A DNA stretch of 35,095 bases from Octopus bimaculoides. Taxonomy: Eukaryota. Under the pieces are notes generated by a model, which was not told the DNA's origin, did not search any database, and saw only the letters and a list, made by a program, of their open reading frames with translations. Positions within the stretch are counted from its first letter, which is position 1, and every line of letters begins with the position of its first letter. The stretch is from assembly GCF_001194135.2 (NCBI RefSeq), contig NC_068981.1:11171374-11206468 (forward strand), written 5' to 3'. The position numbers and the translations under genes are program-made. Of this stretch, positions 1 through 10,428 are shown piece after piece.

Positions 1-314
1 TAAGCCTAGTACTTATTCTATCCTTCTCTTTGCCGAACTGCTAAGTTACGGGACGTAAACACAGCAGCATCGGTTGTCAAGCGATGTTGGGGGACAAACA
101 CAGATACACACAGGCACACACACACACATACACCCCCACATATATATATATACATATATGCAACGGGCTTCTTTCAGTTTCCGTCTACCAAATCCACTCA
201 CAAGACTTTGGTCGGCCCGAGGTTATAGTAGAAGACACTTGCCCAAGGTGCCACGCAGTTTGACTGAACTAAGAACCATGTGGTTGGTAAGCAAGCTACT
301 TACCACACAGCCAC
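1..314 (-). mobile_element. SINE family A copy (tRNA-like head, internal CA/TA microsatellite; 3' tail runs off the window start)
   Basis: Minus strand reads GTGGCTGTGTGGTAAG (A-box-like) ... CACCTTGGGCAAGTGTCTT (CORE-like motif) ... microsatellite ... CGCTTGACAACCGATGC ... GAATAAGTACTAGGCTTA. The same blocks recur at 2169, 3371, 8131, 16405, 20835, 31229 and 32645. Confidence 0.85.
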
Positions 315-2168
315 ACACACACACACAAACACACACACAATATAGATATATATATATATGGCCAGTTTAATAAATTTTTAACATATCCTGATTAAACCAT
401 ACCTATTGGTTCATGTACCTGGATACATATAAAACACAAAGCAGCAAGTTATACAACTAGATACATGCGTATGCTCATACGAACAACTATCAAATACGGC
501 AAATATCGGAATGGAGTTCACTGCACATGTTTTATATTCATCTTAATGAAGTGTACTATCTCATACATTATTTTGTCGCCTGAACCGCTACTAGATTATC
601 TTATCGTCTGAACTGCACCAACGGTAAAATAATTCACCAATCATCAACAAACATTATCCTTCACTAAACCTCGTGTCGTTAGTAGTAATACAAATATCCC
701 CGCCCACCATCACGACCGCTTCTCAGGGATTTCATCAAAGATGTGAAGTTCTATTTAAATCTGAATAATACATTGAAATCACTTGGCTCTTTTGAAATAT
801 CAAAATATTTTCATGATGAAGTGATTGGTAATTACGTTTAGATTGAAGCAAATGAATCCCATTAGTCACATTGAGGACAGCTTGAATTAGAATTCATCTA
901 ACACTTGATTTCATATTTGTCTTTTTATGTGTGCGTTGTTACTCCATCTGAAATTAGTAGAGAACATTTACAAAGATTCCCTTAAGGGCTTGAGAAACTG
1001 AGTTGGTCTTTGAAGAGAAAATTAATCTTCAGTATTGGTGGAGTTCAGTTACATGCTTGGATCATGGAAAAAAAACCGCCTGGATGAATCAGGATTATTC
1101 CAAGAAATAATGATTACGTACTCATACACTTTTATGAATAATATACAAATGCCAAAACAGAATGTGCTAACTACATTCCATGTATTTTTGCAAAATTTAA
1201 AGAGAACTGCGAAGATTTGGTAATCTTGAAGTTGTATATAACCAGTAACATTAATTCGTTTTCCAGTGACCTCTTTTTTAATTTATCTCGATTTATTGAT
1301 ACCGATTCGTCCACTAATAAACAGACTCCATTCATGTTTTTATTTTTTGGCAGACGTTGTATTTGCATTATTTGTATTAAGTGTGCTAGCTCTTTGCATT
1401 TTTTGTTTCTCACACTTCAATTACACAGAAATATTTGAATTACGTCTGCTTATTAATACTTTATATTTTCAACATTAGTTACGTCTTTTGAAGCAGTTTT
1501 ATTTGTATCCGGAAATTAATTCTCTTTCCGTCATATTCTAAATCACTATCCCAAATTTTTTGTTGCCAATCTTCGGATGTTGATAACATTGAAATATGAA
1601 ATTTCTTATATAATAACTACATAATGTAAAATATTTGAACATTATAACGAACTTTGGTTGGAGAGTACGAAATAATAAACACATAGTGATTGACAGTATA
1701 TCTATACAGGAAAAAAAAACAGGAAGAAAATGTAGATTGGTCTACTGTTGAGTAGAGGAGATAAATTATATAGACCCATATAATGGGTATGAACAAAGAT
1801 ATCGATACGTGCCTATACAAAAGTATATATTTATCACAGTATACAAGACAACGATATTTGTATATGTGTAAAAGCATCAGTGTAAGGGAAATAGCTTGAG
1901 GTATTTAGTTATCATTTACATCTTTAAACTCAATAGTAATGAACTACATATTATTCCAAGATTTCTGCATATTCAAACATACTGATTAGTATTACTGGTT
2001 GCAGCAATATATTGTTTCCAATACACGATTGAAAAGAAACTGCTTTGAGGCGTGTCTGTCGTTACCTCACAATTTCGATCGTTTGGTTAAGTTTTTGATG
2101 TCTAGGTCCCCCTCTGCCCCGAAGTATCCAACTACCTCTCATGCTAATATTCGAGCATTTTCATTGTA

Positions 2169-2402
2169 TACTCTTTTACTCTTTTACTCTTTTACTTGTT
2201 TCAGTCATTTGACTGTGGCCATGCTGGAGCACCGCCTTTAGTCGAGCAAATCGACCCCAGGACTTTTTCTTTGTAAGCCTAGTACTTACTCTATCGGTCT
2301 CTTTTTGCCGAACCGCTAAGTTACGGGGACGTAAACACACCAGCATCGGTTGTCAAGCGATGGTGGGGGGGACAAACACAGACACACAAACACACACACA
2401 CA
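2169..2402 (-). mobile_element. SINE family A, 3' half with (TAAAAGAG)n-like tail; head lost in gap
   Basis: Tail ctcttttactcttttact, then ttgtttcagtcatttgactgtggccatgctggagcaccgcctttagtcgagc ... taagcctagtactt ... ggttgtcaagcgatgg. Collinear with 1-100 and 8131-8250. Confidence 0.85.
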
Positions 2403-3370
2403 NNNNNNNNNNNNNNNNNNNNNNNNNNNNNNNNNNNNNNNNNNNNNNNNNNNNNNNNNNNNNNNNNNNNNNNNNNNNNNNNNNNNNNNNNNNNNNNNNN
2501 NNNNNNNNNNNNNNNNNNNNNNNNNNNNNNNNNNNNNNNNNNNNNNNNNNNNNNNNNNNNNNNNNNNNNNNNNNNNNNNNNNNNNNNNNNNNNNNNNNNN
2601 NNNNNNNNNNNNNNNNNNNNNNNNNNNNNNNNNNNNNNNNNNNNNNNNNNNNNNNNNNNNNNNNNNNNNNNNNNNNNNNNNNNNNNNNNNNNNNNNNNNN
2701 NNNNNNNNNNNNNNNNNNNNNNNNNNNNNNNNNNNNNNNNNNNNNNNNNNNNNNNNNNNNNNNNNNNNNNNNNNNNNNNNNNNNNNNNNNNNNNNNNNNN
2801 NNNNNNNNNNNNNNNNNNNNNNNNNNNNNNNNNNNNNNNNNNNNNNNNNNNNNNNNNNNNNNNNNNNNNNNNNNNNNNNNNNNNNNNNNNNNNNNNNNNN
2901 NNNNNNNNNNNNNNNNNNNNNNNNNNNNNNNNNNNNNNNNNNNNNNNNNNNNNNNNNNNNNNNNNNNNNNNNNNNNNNNNNNNNNNNNNNNNNNNNNNNN
3001 NNNNNNNNNNNNNNNNNNNNNNNNNNNNNNNNNNNNNNNNNNNNNNNNNNNNNNNNNNNNNNNNNNNNNNNNNNNNNNNNNNNNNNNNNNNNNNNNNNNN
3101 NNNNNNNNNNNNNNNNNNNNNNNNNNNNNNNNNNNNNNNNNNNNNNNNNNNNNNNNNNNNNNNNNNNNNNNNNNNNNNNNNNNNNNNNNNNNNNNNNNNN
3201 NNNNNNNNNNNNNNNNNNNNNNNNNNNNNNNNNNNNNNNNNNNNNNNNNNNNNNNNNNNNNNNNNNNNNNNNNNNNNNNNNNNNNNNNNNNNNNNNNNNN
3301 NNNNNNNNNNNNNNNNNNNNNNNNNNNNNNNNNNNNNNNNNNNNNNNNNNNNNNNNNNNNNNNNNNNNNN

Positions 3371-3536
3371 GTGTTTACGCCCCCGTAACTTAGCGGTTCG
3401 GCAAAAAAGGGAACCTATAGAATAAGTACTAGGCTTACAAAGAATAAGTCCTGGGGTCGATTTTCTCGACTAAAGGCGGTACTCCAGCATGGCCGCAGTC
3501 AAATGACTGAAAGAAATAAAAGAGTAAAACAGTAAA

Positions 3537-3540
<4 letters not shown>
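3371..3540 (+). mobile_element. SINE family A, 3' half (inverted relative to 2169-2402)
   Basis: gtgtttacgcccccgtaacttagcggttcggc ... aataagtactaggcttacaaagaataagtcctggggtcga ... cagcatggccgcagtcaaatgactgaaa ... taaaagagtaaaacagtaaaag is the reverse complement of the 2169-2340 copy. Confidence 0.85.
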
Positions 3541-3591
<51 letters not shown>

Positions 3592-4373
3592 TATATATGT
3601 ATACATATATATGTATTTATATATATGTATATCTATGTGTGTATGTATGTGTGTGTGACCCCGTCTCTGTGAATGTCTGGTGCTTGCTTTTTCTCTGTAT
3701 GATCCTATATCTGTTAACATATTTGTATGTATGTATGTATGTAGCTATGTTAATTTTAAAAGCATAGAAATTAATGAGTTCTCTGTCGCCTTTTACCTTT
3801 CAAAGGAAATCAATAACCAAAATATTCACTAGTTCATTGGAATGAAACTATAAATTCGACAGGATTAATTGCTTACACCATTTAAATTTACATATTGGCA
3901 ACGGCAAAGTTTTGTTAATATTCTGGCAGACTCTGTTGTTCGGAATTCTAACACAAACTAACAGAACTGAAGTAAGAAATGACTTAGATGTTAGTACCAA
4001 GAAAATAACTTAATCAAAACCAAAGAACCGTTCTTCAGTGAAGTGATAGATATGGTAGTATTATGTCCATATGTTTCGGCTGGTTTTCGCAGTTAACCGC
4101 CAAGACATTGTACTGTGACATCACATGGCGGCGTCAAAGAAATATGATTCTTTCAAGCAAGTTTCAGTTGTAATTAAATAAATAAATTGTACATAAATGA
4201 ATTTGGCACATATGCTTCAAATGTTTGCGAGGAAATGTAGATTATATTAAACTAATACTTGAACCGGAGTTAAGTTGTCAACCCGAGAGTATAGGTGTGT
4301 GCGGGCGTGTATGTGTGAGTATGCACATGGGTACACACACACACATATGNNNNNNNNNNGTATATTCATATGC

Positions 4374-4408
<35 letters not shown>

Positions 4409-4744
4409 GATAATTGGCTCAATAATGAATATTCCAATTGTTTGTTAATGAGCTGTAAATTTCAGATATCATTTAAGCCGAGCATATGACTTGTAACTTT
4501 TAACACAATCGTTGCTTAAATGTTATTTCTCAGTTAGATATATTTCAGAATCATGACAACTGATATCATACACGGACATCTGAACATTTTGCAAGATTAT
4601 TAACTATATCGGCTTTCCTCTACTTGTCTATCGTTCCAAATTTTCGTGGATTTTTAATGCGAATTTCTTCAAAACGCTTGGACGTTCGGACTGGATATTT
4701 TCTTCATGATGTGTCGTGACTTGTATTTTGTCTAATTCCCCACA

Positions 4745-6090
4745 TGAAACTGAATATTTTTTGCAGACCAGATTTAAGGAACTCCTTGTATCTTAGCTTG
4801 GTAAAGGGCTCTTTCCGAGAACCATATCCCCGTAGAGTAGATGCTACGGAATACTCTTTTTTTGTTTGTTTGTTTGTTTCTGTTATATCTCAACGCTACT
4901 GCTATCTAGCACCTTCGGATGATCTCTACTCAACCGCTACACAACTGCTACTCGACTGCTACTCAAAACTCCTACCACGGCCAGACTAACTCTATTTATA
5001 TGTCTTGGGAGATCCTACTTCTTCGCCTGGGGGCATCGACACAACAGTTTCTTTCTTTCTTTTTGCTAAGACTAAACATCTTTCCATTCAGGAAACTATA
5101 GTACTTTGGTCATATATCTTGTTCTATATCAGCTTCTGTTATTCCTGAGATTTCTAATTTTTCTCTTTTACGTTAAACTCTTTTAAGGTACCCTCAAAGA
5201 AACTTATATGTATTCCTCTTTCTTATTTCTCTTACTTGGAATATTGGTTTCAAATTTTGGTACAAGGCCAGCAATTTCAAGGGTGGAGGTTAGTCTATTG
5301 CATTGAACCTATTGTTCTACTTTCGCGCCCGAAAGAATTAAATGCAAAACCAATCTCTGCAGAATTTGAATTTAGAACGTAAGAACGAACAAAATGCCGC
5401 TAGGCTTTTTGCCAGCTAGGCACCGGCAAAGGATCCTTCCAGCTAGCCACTGGCAAAGGATTCTGCCAGCTAGTCGCCTTAGCTCTTATCTAGAATGTTA
5501 CAGCTATATTTCGTTTGGTGTTAGATTTCAAAGCGTATGTCTAAAACTTTTGGTCTGTTTTGGCAGCACATTTTCTACACTTCTCTTTACTAGCTGAACA
5601 TTGTTCTATACGAATATCCAATATGGTATTTCTTTTAAAGTTACTAATCCAGTAACTCATCTTTCTACTTAAACTCAACATTTAACTGCTTTAACCTCCT
5701 CTGTAAGAAATATTTCTATTCAAGTAGAGACTTTAATCAAACATCTCCCTTATGGGACTTCGTTTGTTTTTCTTTCCCAGATGAATAAAATCTTAATTCT
5801 CTTAAATATTGCGTTGATAGTTTTTATGCTTCGTAGGGCAGATTCTCATTAAATTTTTCTTCCCTTTTATTTTCTAATTCTCAATATAGTGCTTCCTCGA
5901 TATTTGTTTTATTGCTGGTTGCTTGCAGACTCGCTGGCAGTGATTTTCAATGTATTCGATTCTGCTTTTTACTTGTAGGAAACCTTTTATACCAAAAAAA
6001 TTCTATAACTCCAAAATCCCTTTAGAAGTGTTTTCCTTTGACCACGTCCAATCTCTGTTTCTGTTGTGAACAAACGAATCTACACTATGT
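4745..6090 (-). mobile_element. Possible heavily decayed LTR-retrotransposon relic (gag-like Cys motif; TATA-containing LTR-like segment), interrupted by a SINE
   Basis: Minus-strand peptide RIEQCSASKEKCRKCAAK near 5550-5610 resembles a Ty3/gypsy gag pre-knuckle, but the His/Cys end is missing. TATAAATAG lies at 4992-5000 (minus). Many stops; weak. Confidence 0.25.
5245..5480 (-). mobile_element. Degenerate SINE family B copy with locally multiplied head
   Basis: ttcaaattttggtacaaggccagcaatttc ... gaatttgaatttagaacgtaagaacgaacaaaatgccgctagg ... gattctgccagctagtcgcc matches the 18121-18340 and 27955-28136 copies. Confidence 0.6.
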
Positions 6091-6126
6091 AATACATATA
6101 TACACGCGTAAATAAGTATATATTTA

Positions 6127-6370
6127 CTAGCTTAAAAGCTGTCCGATAGCGCAGCTTTTCAGCTAGCTCCTGTGGGTCGGGGGCTCTTCATTGGGCCTTG
6201 GACACGACAGTGACACTTCATGCATTGAGTACATATTAAATTTTATTAGACTTGAACATTATTTTTCAAGCAATGAAAGATTTTCATCGAAACAATGATA
6301 TGATTTATCGACTTGGAATTTATTGCAAAGCTGCATGATAAACAACATATTTTCTCTTCTCATTTGGGGA
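6127..6370. repeat. Unclassified dispersed repeat, copy 1 (paralogue at 23637-23860)
   Basis: ggctcttcattgggccttgg ... ttcatgcattgagtac ... aacaatgatat ... tcgacttggaa ... tattgcaaagctgcatgata aligns in the same orientation with 23637-23860, roughly 80% identical by eye. Confidence 0.8.
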
Positions 6371-6409
6371 ATAATATGATTTTTTTTCTATTTAACCTCT
6401 TTCATTCTT

Positions 6410-6413
6410 TCTT

Positions 6414-6467
<54 letters not shown>

Positions 6468-6720
6468 TCTGTTGATTGTTTTCAACCATCACCAGTACCA
6501 CCACCATCGCCAGCACAACAGCCATACACACACCGTTTAGACTTCTGATGCCACCACCATTAATACCTTTGATTTCGTCACCTTCTCCTCCACCACCATC
6601 ACCACTGTCTTTGACATTGCTTACTCTCACCGTCATCCCTGATCCCCATCATCACACCCACCTCCGCCTCTATCACAACTACAAGTCATACTATTACTAT
6701 CACTCCATTACCATCACAAA
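6410..6720. repeat. (CT)n microsatellite followed by degenerate (CAC/CAT)n tract
   Basis: Directly visible. Confidence 0.9.
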
Positions 6721-6960
6721 AGGCCAAATGTATGAGTTCGTTCAGCATGCTATTCAGATTGTTACTTCAGAGTTCAGTCCCTCTTTCTGTCACATGCTCA
6801 CTCTCTTTCTCTCTCTTTGTGTCTGTCTTCGCCAACGCCCTCTCTGTCACTATGCCTACTATTACCCTCACCCCATCATGAGGAATAGTAGGAATGTCAT
6901 TGAATAGTGAGAGAGTGGGTCTAACTGTGATACATTGACACAGAAATTATTTTTCGCATT

Positions 6961-7014
<54 letters not shown>

Positions 7015-7147
7015 NNNNNNNNNNNNNNNNNNNNNNNNNNNNNNNNNNNNNNNNNNNNNNNNNNNNNNNNNNNNNNNNNNNNNNNNNNNNNNNNNNNNNN
7101 NNNNNNNNNNNNNNNNNNNNNNNNNNNNNNNNNNGTATACACGCACG

Positions 7148-7181
<34 letters not shown>

Positions 7182-7681
7182 CTCACACACACACAGGTGT
7201 GTGTATTTGTGTGTATGTGTGTACATATGTATGTCATGGACTCCCCCGTCGTTCGACAGGGTATTCGCGTTCGACAATTCGACCGAACGGACGTGTTTTT
7301 ATCCTCTCGTGAGTTCTGCTATGTCCTATCTAAATTGTGTGTTTTTTTTGTGAATTTTCTGTTTTACCGATTCTAAACCTGCTTAGCAGGGGAAGTATCG
7401 AGTGTAGGAATTCCCCCTTTAAGGGGCGAATTGAATTTTTTTGCAAAAACACAGTCAACGCCCCAATATCAACAGACTCAACGAAATGTACCACGTACAT
7501 CCCTGTCGCGAACAGGAGGAGGTGAACACAGAAAAAAACCCCGAGAAATATACGGCAAATTCTACAAAGGATAATCCGATGTGCAACAATGAAAAAGAAT
7601 TAACTGACAACAAGAAATGAATTAAGCAAACCAGACCGACGCGGTTTTTCTTCGGTTGCAACTATAAACCAGGGAAACTAA

Positions 7682-8130
7682 AAGATTAACCAGGCAGACC
7701 TAGAAAGATATAAAAGCTTAGCAAAGCGTGTAGGGAACAGCATAAACTTAACCCCATCCCTTTATATATTTCAACAAGCAGGTAGAAAAACAATAATATT
7801 TAAAACTCTTTCACTGAAAACCAAAAAAATCGAATATCTGTCAAAGGAAACAATAGAAAAGTGCCTGCCGCCGATATGGGGAGATACCAAATACGTAGCA
7901 AGAGGTAAAAGATACGGCACTGAGGAGGTAATATTCGCTTCCGAGGAAGAAGCAAAGCAACACTCCACAGTGCCTTTGACAACCAACGAACTGGTGCTAC
8001 TGCCCACTTACATAGGTAAACGTAAATCTAAAATAAAAATTGGGGTGGTGCTACCAGAAATTGACGTGGTGTGGCTCGTGGCCGCTGTCTTGCTTGAATT
8101 GGAAGGCAGCATTTCCATACTGCAGGTCAC
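7682..8130 (+). pseudogene. LINE ORF1 fragment A (RRM-like region), stop-free for about 150 codons
   Basis: Manual translation in the frame of track ORF 7970..8476, extended upstream to the TAA at 7679-7681; ends at the SINE junction. Confidence 0.7.
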
Positions 8131-8250
8131 GAGCAAATGGACCCCAGGACTTATTCTTTGTAAGCCTAGTACTTATACTATCGGTGCATTTTTCCGAACT
8201 GCTAAGTTACGGAGACGTAAACACACCAGTATCTGTTGTCAAGCGATGTT

Positions 8251-8306
<56 letters not shown>

Positions 8307-8548
8307 NNNNNNNNNNNNNNNNNNNNNNNNNNNNNNNNNNNNNNNNNNNNNNNNNNNNNNNNNNNNNNNNNNNNNNNNNNNNNNNNNNNNNNNNNNNNNN
8401 NNNNNNNNNNNNNNNNNNNNNCTCACAAAGCTTTGGTCGGCCCGAGGCTATAGCAGAAGACATTTGCCCAAGGTGACTCGCAGTGGGAATGAACCCGGAA
8501 CCATGTTGTTGGTAAGCAGGCTACTTACCACACAGCCACTCCTGCGCC
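8131..8548 (-). mobile_element. SINE family A copy (intact head, internal CA tract plus gap, tail truncated) inside the LINE
   Basis: Minus-strand head GGCGCAGGAGTGGCTGTGTGGTAAG...GGTTCATTCCC...CACCTTGGGCAAATGTCTT; body matches 1-100 and 2250-2350. Confidence 0.85.
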
Positions 8549-9500
8549 CACGTGGAATAAAATTAAATACGTGGCTAGAGGGAATAGATATGGCATCGTG
8601 GAAGCAAGGTTTCACTCTGGAGACGAAGCCAAACTACACGTCACGATGCCCCTATTAACGGATGAACTAGTGCTCCTGCCAACATACATCGGACGGTGAG
8701 TATCAAAAATAAAGATTGGGGAGGTACCTTCTGATACTGACGTCCTTTGGGTGGTGGCGGCTGTCTGCTTGATAACGTGGAAAACATCGATATACTGCAG
8801 ATAAATAAACTACATCAACAAAACTGGATCTAGAACTCTTAATCCAGGCATTTCAACAGGCCCTTGAAAGTACTCTCGGCATCACCCACTTGCCTGAAGG
8901 GACGCAAACCGAAGTGCTATCTCTGTGGGCAGAGGGATCACCTCAAAGCCCTTTGCCAACTGAGAACAAACGAGAAATGCAACCCCCTCAGCAAAGGACA
9001 CTCCACAAGAGCACATACAGCAGCAAACACAAGCTGCATCAAAATTAACCCCGCCACCACCCAAAGCAGCAACGACTGCACAGTGTGCAGAGAAAACATC
9101 AACAACTACAAAGACGGCAACGGTTATCACAGAAGCAGCAACAGTAGAAATAGCAGCAGCACCACCCGCATTGGAAGGAAGGCCATTTTCAGCCTCAGCC
9201 AAGAATACCCGAAAAAGCAACATTAAGAACACTACAGAACAGACAACAGCAGCACGAAATCGAGAAACTACATCGACAAACAACAACCCACCATATCTAC
9301 CCCTTCCCGAGACTGACTCAGAAACCGCCATAGAAGTAAAGAGTGGATGGGAATCCCTGAGAGGAAAAAAAAAACGCAAAAAGGACAACATCCTAGCCCT
9401 TCCCCACAAAACAGATACACGAGGACCAACTGCATCACCCACATTACCAACAACACCAATACCACTAACTGCATCATACTATACAAAAGCACCGTAGAAA
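8547..9500 (+). pseudogene. LINE ORF1 fragment B (second RRM-like copy, CCHC zinc knuckle, C-terminal low-complexity region), with stops and frameshifts
   Basis: PTWNKIKYVARGNRYGIVEARFHSGDEAKLH...ELVLLPTYIGR*VSKIKIG; perfect C-X2-C-X4-H-X4-C (CYLCGQRDHLKALC) at 8915-8956. Confidence 0.75.
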
Positions 9501-10243
9501 ACAATAGTAAATCTCACTGCAATCAAACACAAGCAGTGAGTCCCTAATGAAATACATACATCAAAACACCAAAAACACACCAAACGAGTTTCTGTGCCGT
9601 TCACCTAACGCCCAACCTCACGTACAAATACTCAGTATACTTTATACAGCCTTCAGTGACAGAAAAGAAAACCACCCTAATGAGGTGGGAAACGTCCAAA
9701 GAACAATAACGAAAAGTCTATACAAAAACCTACTCGTGGAAACTCCCACAGCCACACAGAAAAGTGAGAAAAATCTCTCCCCCTCCCACAAAAAGCAAGT
9801 AGTGCTTCACTTTTTTGGTTTTGCTCAAGTCAGCCTGCTCACATGTGCGTGGCCTGGGATCGTTTTGGAAGCAAAGACGCTTTCTCAGCGACTTCTTGGA
9901 CGTGCAAGAATGGGTAAAAGTTGTATGAATGGTTTGAATGAATGGATTTAACTTGGGCTTAAACATCTAGGCTTCGGCCCTAGCGGTAAGGTTGTTTTGT
10001 GGTTTATGTGATTTCCATGACTAAGCCAGAATACTCCTCCTTTTGGGTACCACTATCGTCTTATATGTTTACACTTGCACTTTTTAGCCGTTTACCTTTG
10101 TTAAAAACGTGTACACGATTTTTATGTATGACCCCTACCTTGTCTGTCCTGTATAGTCCCTCTGTGTCAGGACCTAGTGGCTAATAACGAAAGCATATTT
10201 CTATATACTGACAGGGGCGATAACCGTTCCTCAGTGAAGCCAG

Positions 10244-10296
10244 ATCACTATACTAGACTAGTTTCGCTTGGAAATTTGAAGCTCATCAGTAGTGAC
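10244..10296 (-). ncRNA. Type I hammerhead ribozyme motif (GUA cleavage triplet)
   Basis: Minus strand: stem I GTCACTA / CTGATGA / stem II GCTT-caaatttcc-AAGC / GAAA / stem III ACTA-gtc-TAGT / A17 / stem I' TAGTGAT. All core nucleotides are present and three helices pair; predicted cleavage between 10251 and 10250. Confidence 0.8.
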
Positions 10297-10325
10297 TACT
10301 CCATCGCTGGATGTAAAAAATATAA

Positions 10326-10428
10326 ATTAACGAAGGCAGCTATACGTAATATAAAACCCAAACGGAAATAAATATGTGACAATTGAATTTTTCGTATTTG
10401 GGTTTTGTATTGCGTATTGTTACCTTCG

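Larger units (their letters stand above)
7245..10195 (+). mobile_element. Tx1/L1-clade-like non-LTR retrotransposon relic: 5' region, degenerate ORF1, extreme 3' end of ORF2 and 3'UTR; endonuclease/RT absent
   Basis: Open frame 7682-8130 gives KINQADLERYK...KYVARGKRYGTEEVIFASEEEAKQH...ELVLLPTYIGKRKSKIKIG (RRM-like ORF1). GRKPKCYLCGQRDHLKALC at 8900-8956 is followed by a low-complexity Thr/Pro tail with WESLRGKKKRK. Near 9870-9970, QRRFLSDFLDVQEWVKVV*MV*MNGFNLGLNI* resembles a Tx1 ORF2 C-terminus (CGA>TGA decay). Clade assignment is from recalled motifs. Confidence 0.7.

Noticed and set aside
1030-1130. HGKKTAWMN..GLFQE resembling a pogo/Tigger DDE motif
   Set aside because: Needs a frameshift, is only about 15 residues, and has no other transposase motifs or TIRs nearby.
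1353-1478. Strong acceptor (ttttattttttggcag) followed by hydrophobic VVFALFVLSVLALCIFCF
   Set aside because: T-rich DNA gives such peptides by default; no good donor or supporting exon.
2350-3393. Long track ORFs of 200-400 aa (also 12372-13571, 18385-18930, 21494-22224, 25111-25577)
   Set aside because: They run through N gaps and CA/TA microsatellites; no coding information.
4115-4135. GTGACATCAC and ATGGCGGC (CRE/YY1-like) motifs
   Set aside because: Short motifs expected by chance; no promoter context demonstrable.
8690-8702. Perfect donor CG|GTGAGT inside LINE ORF1
   Set aside because: Apparently created by the CGA>TGA decay that also makes the stop codon; no evidence of use.
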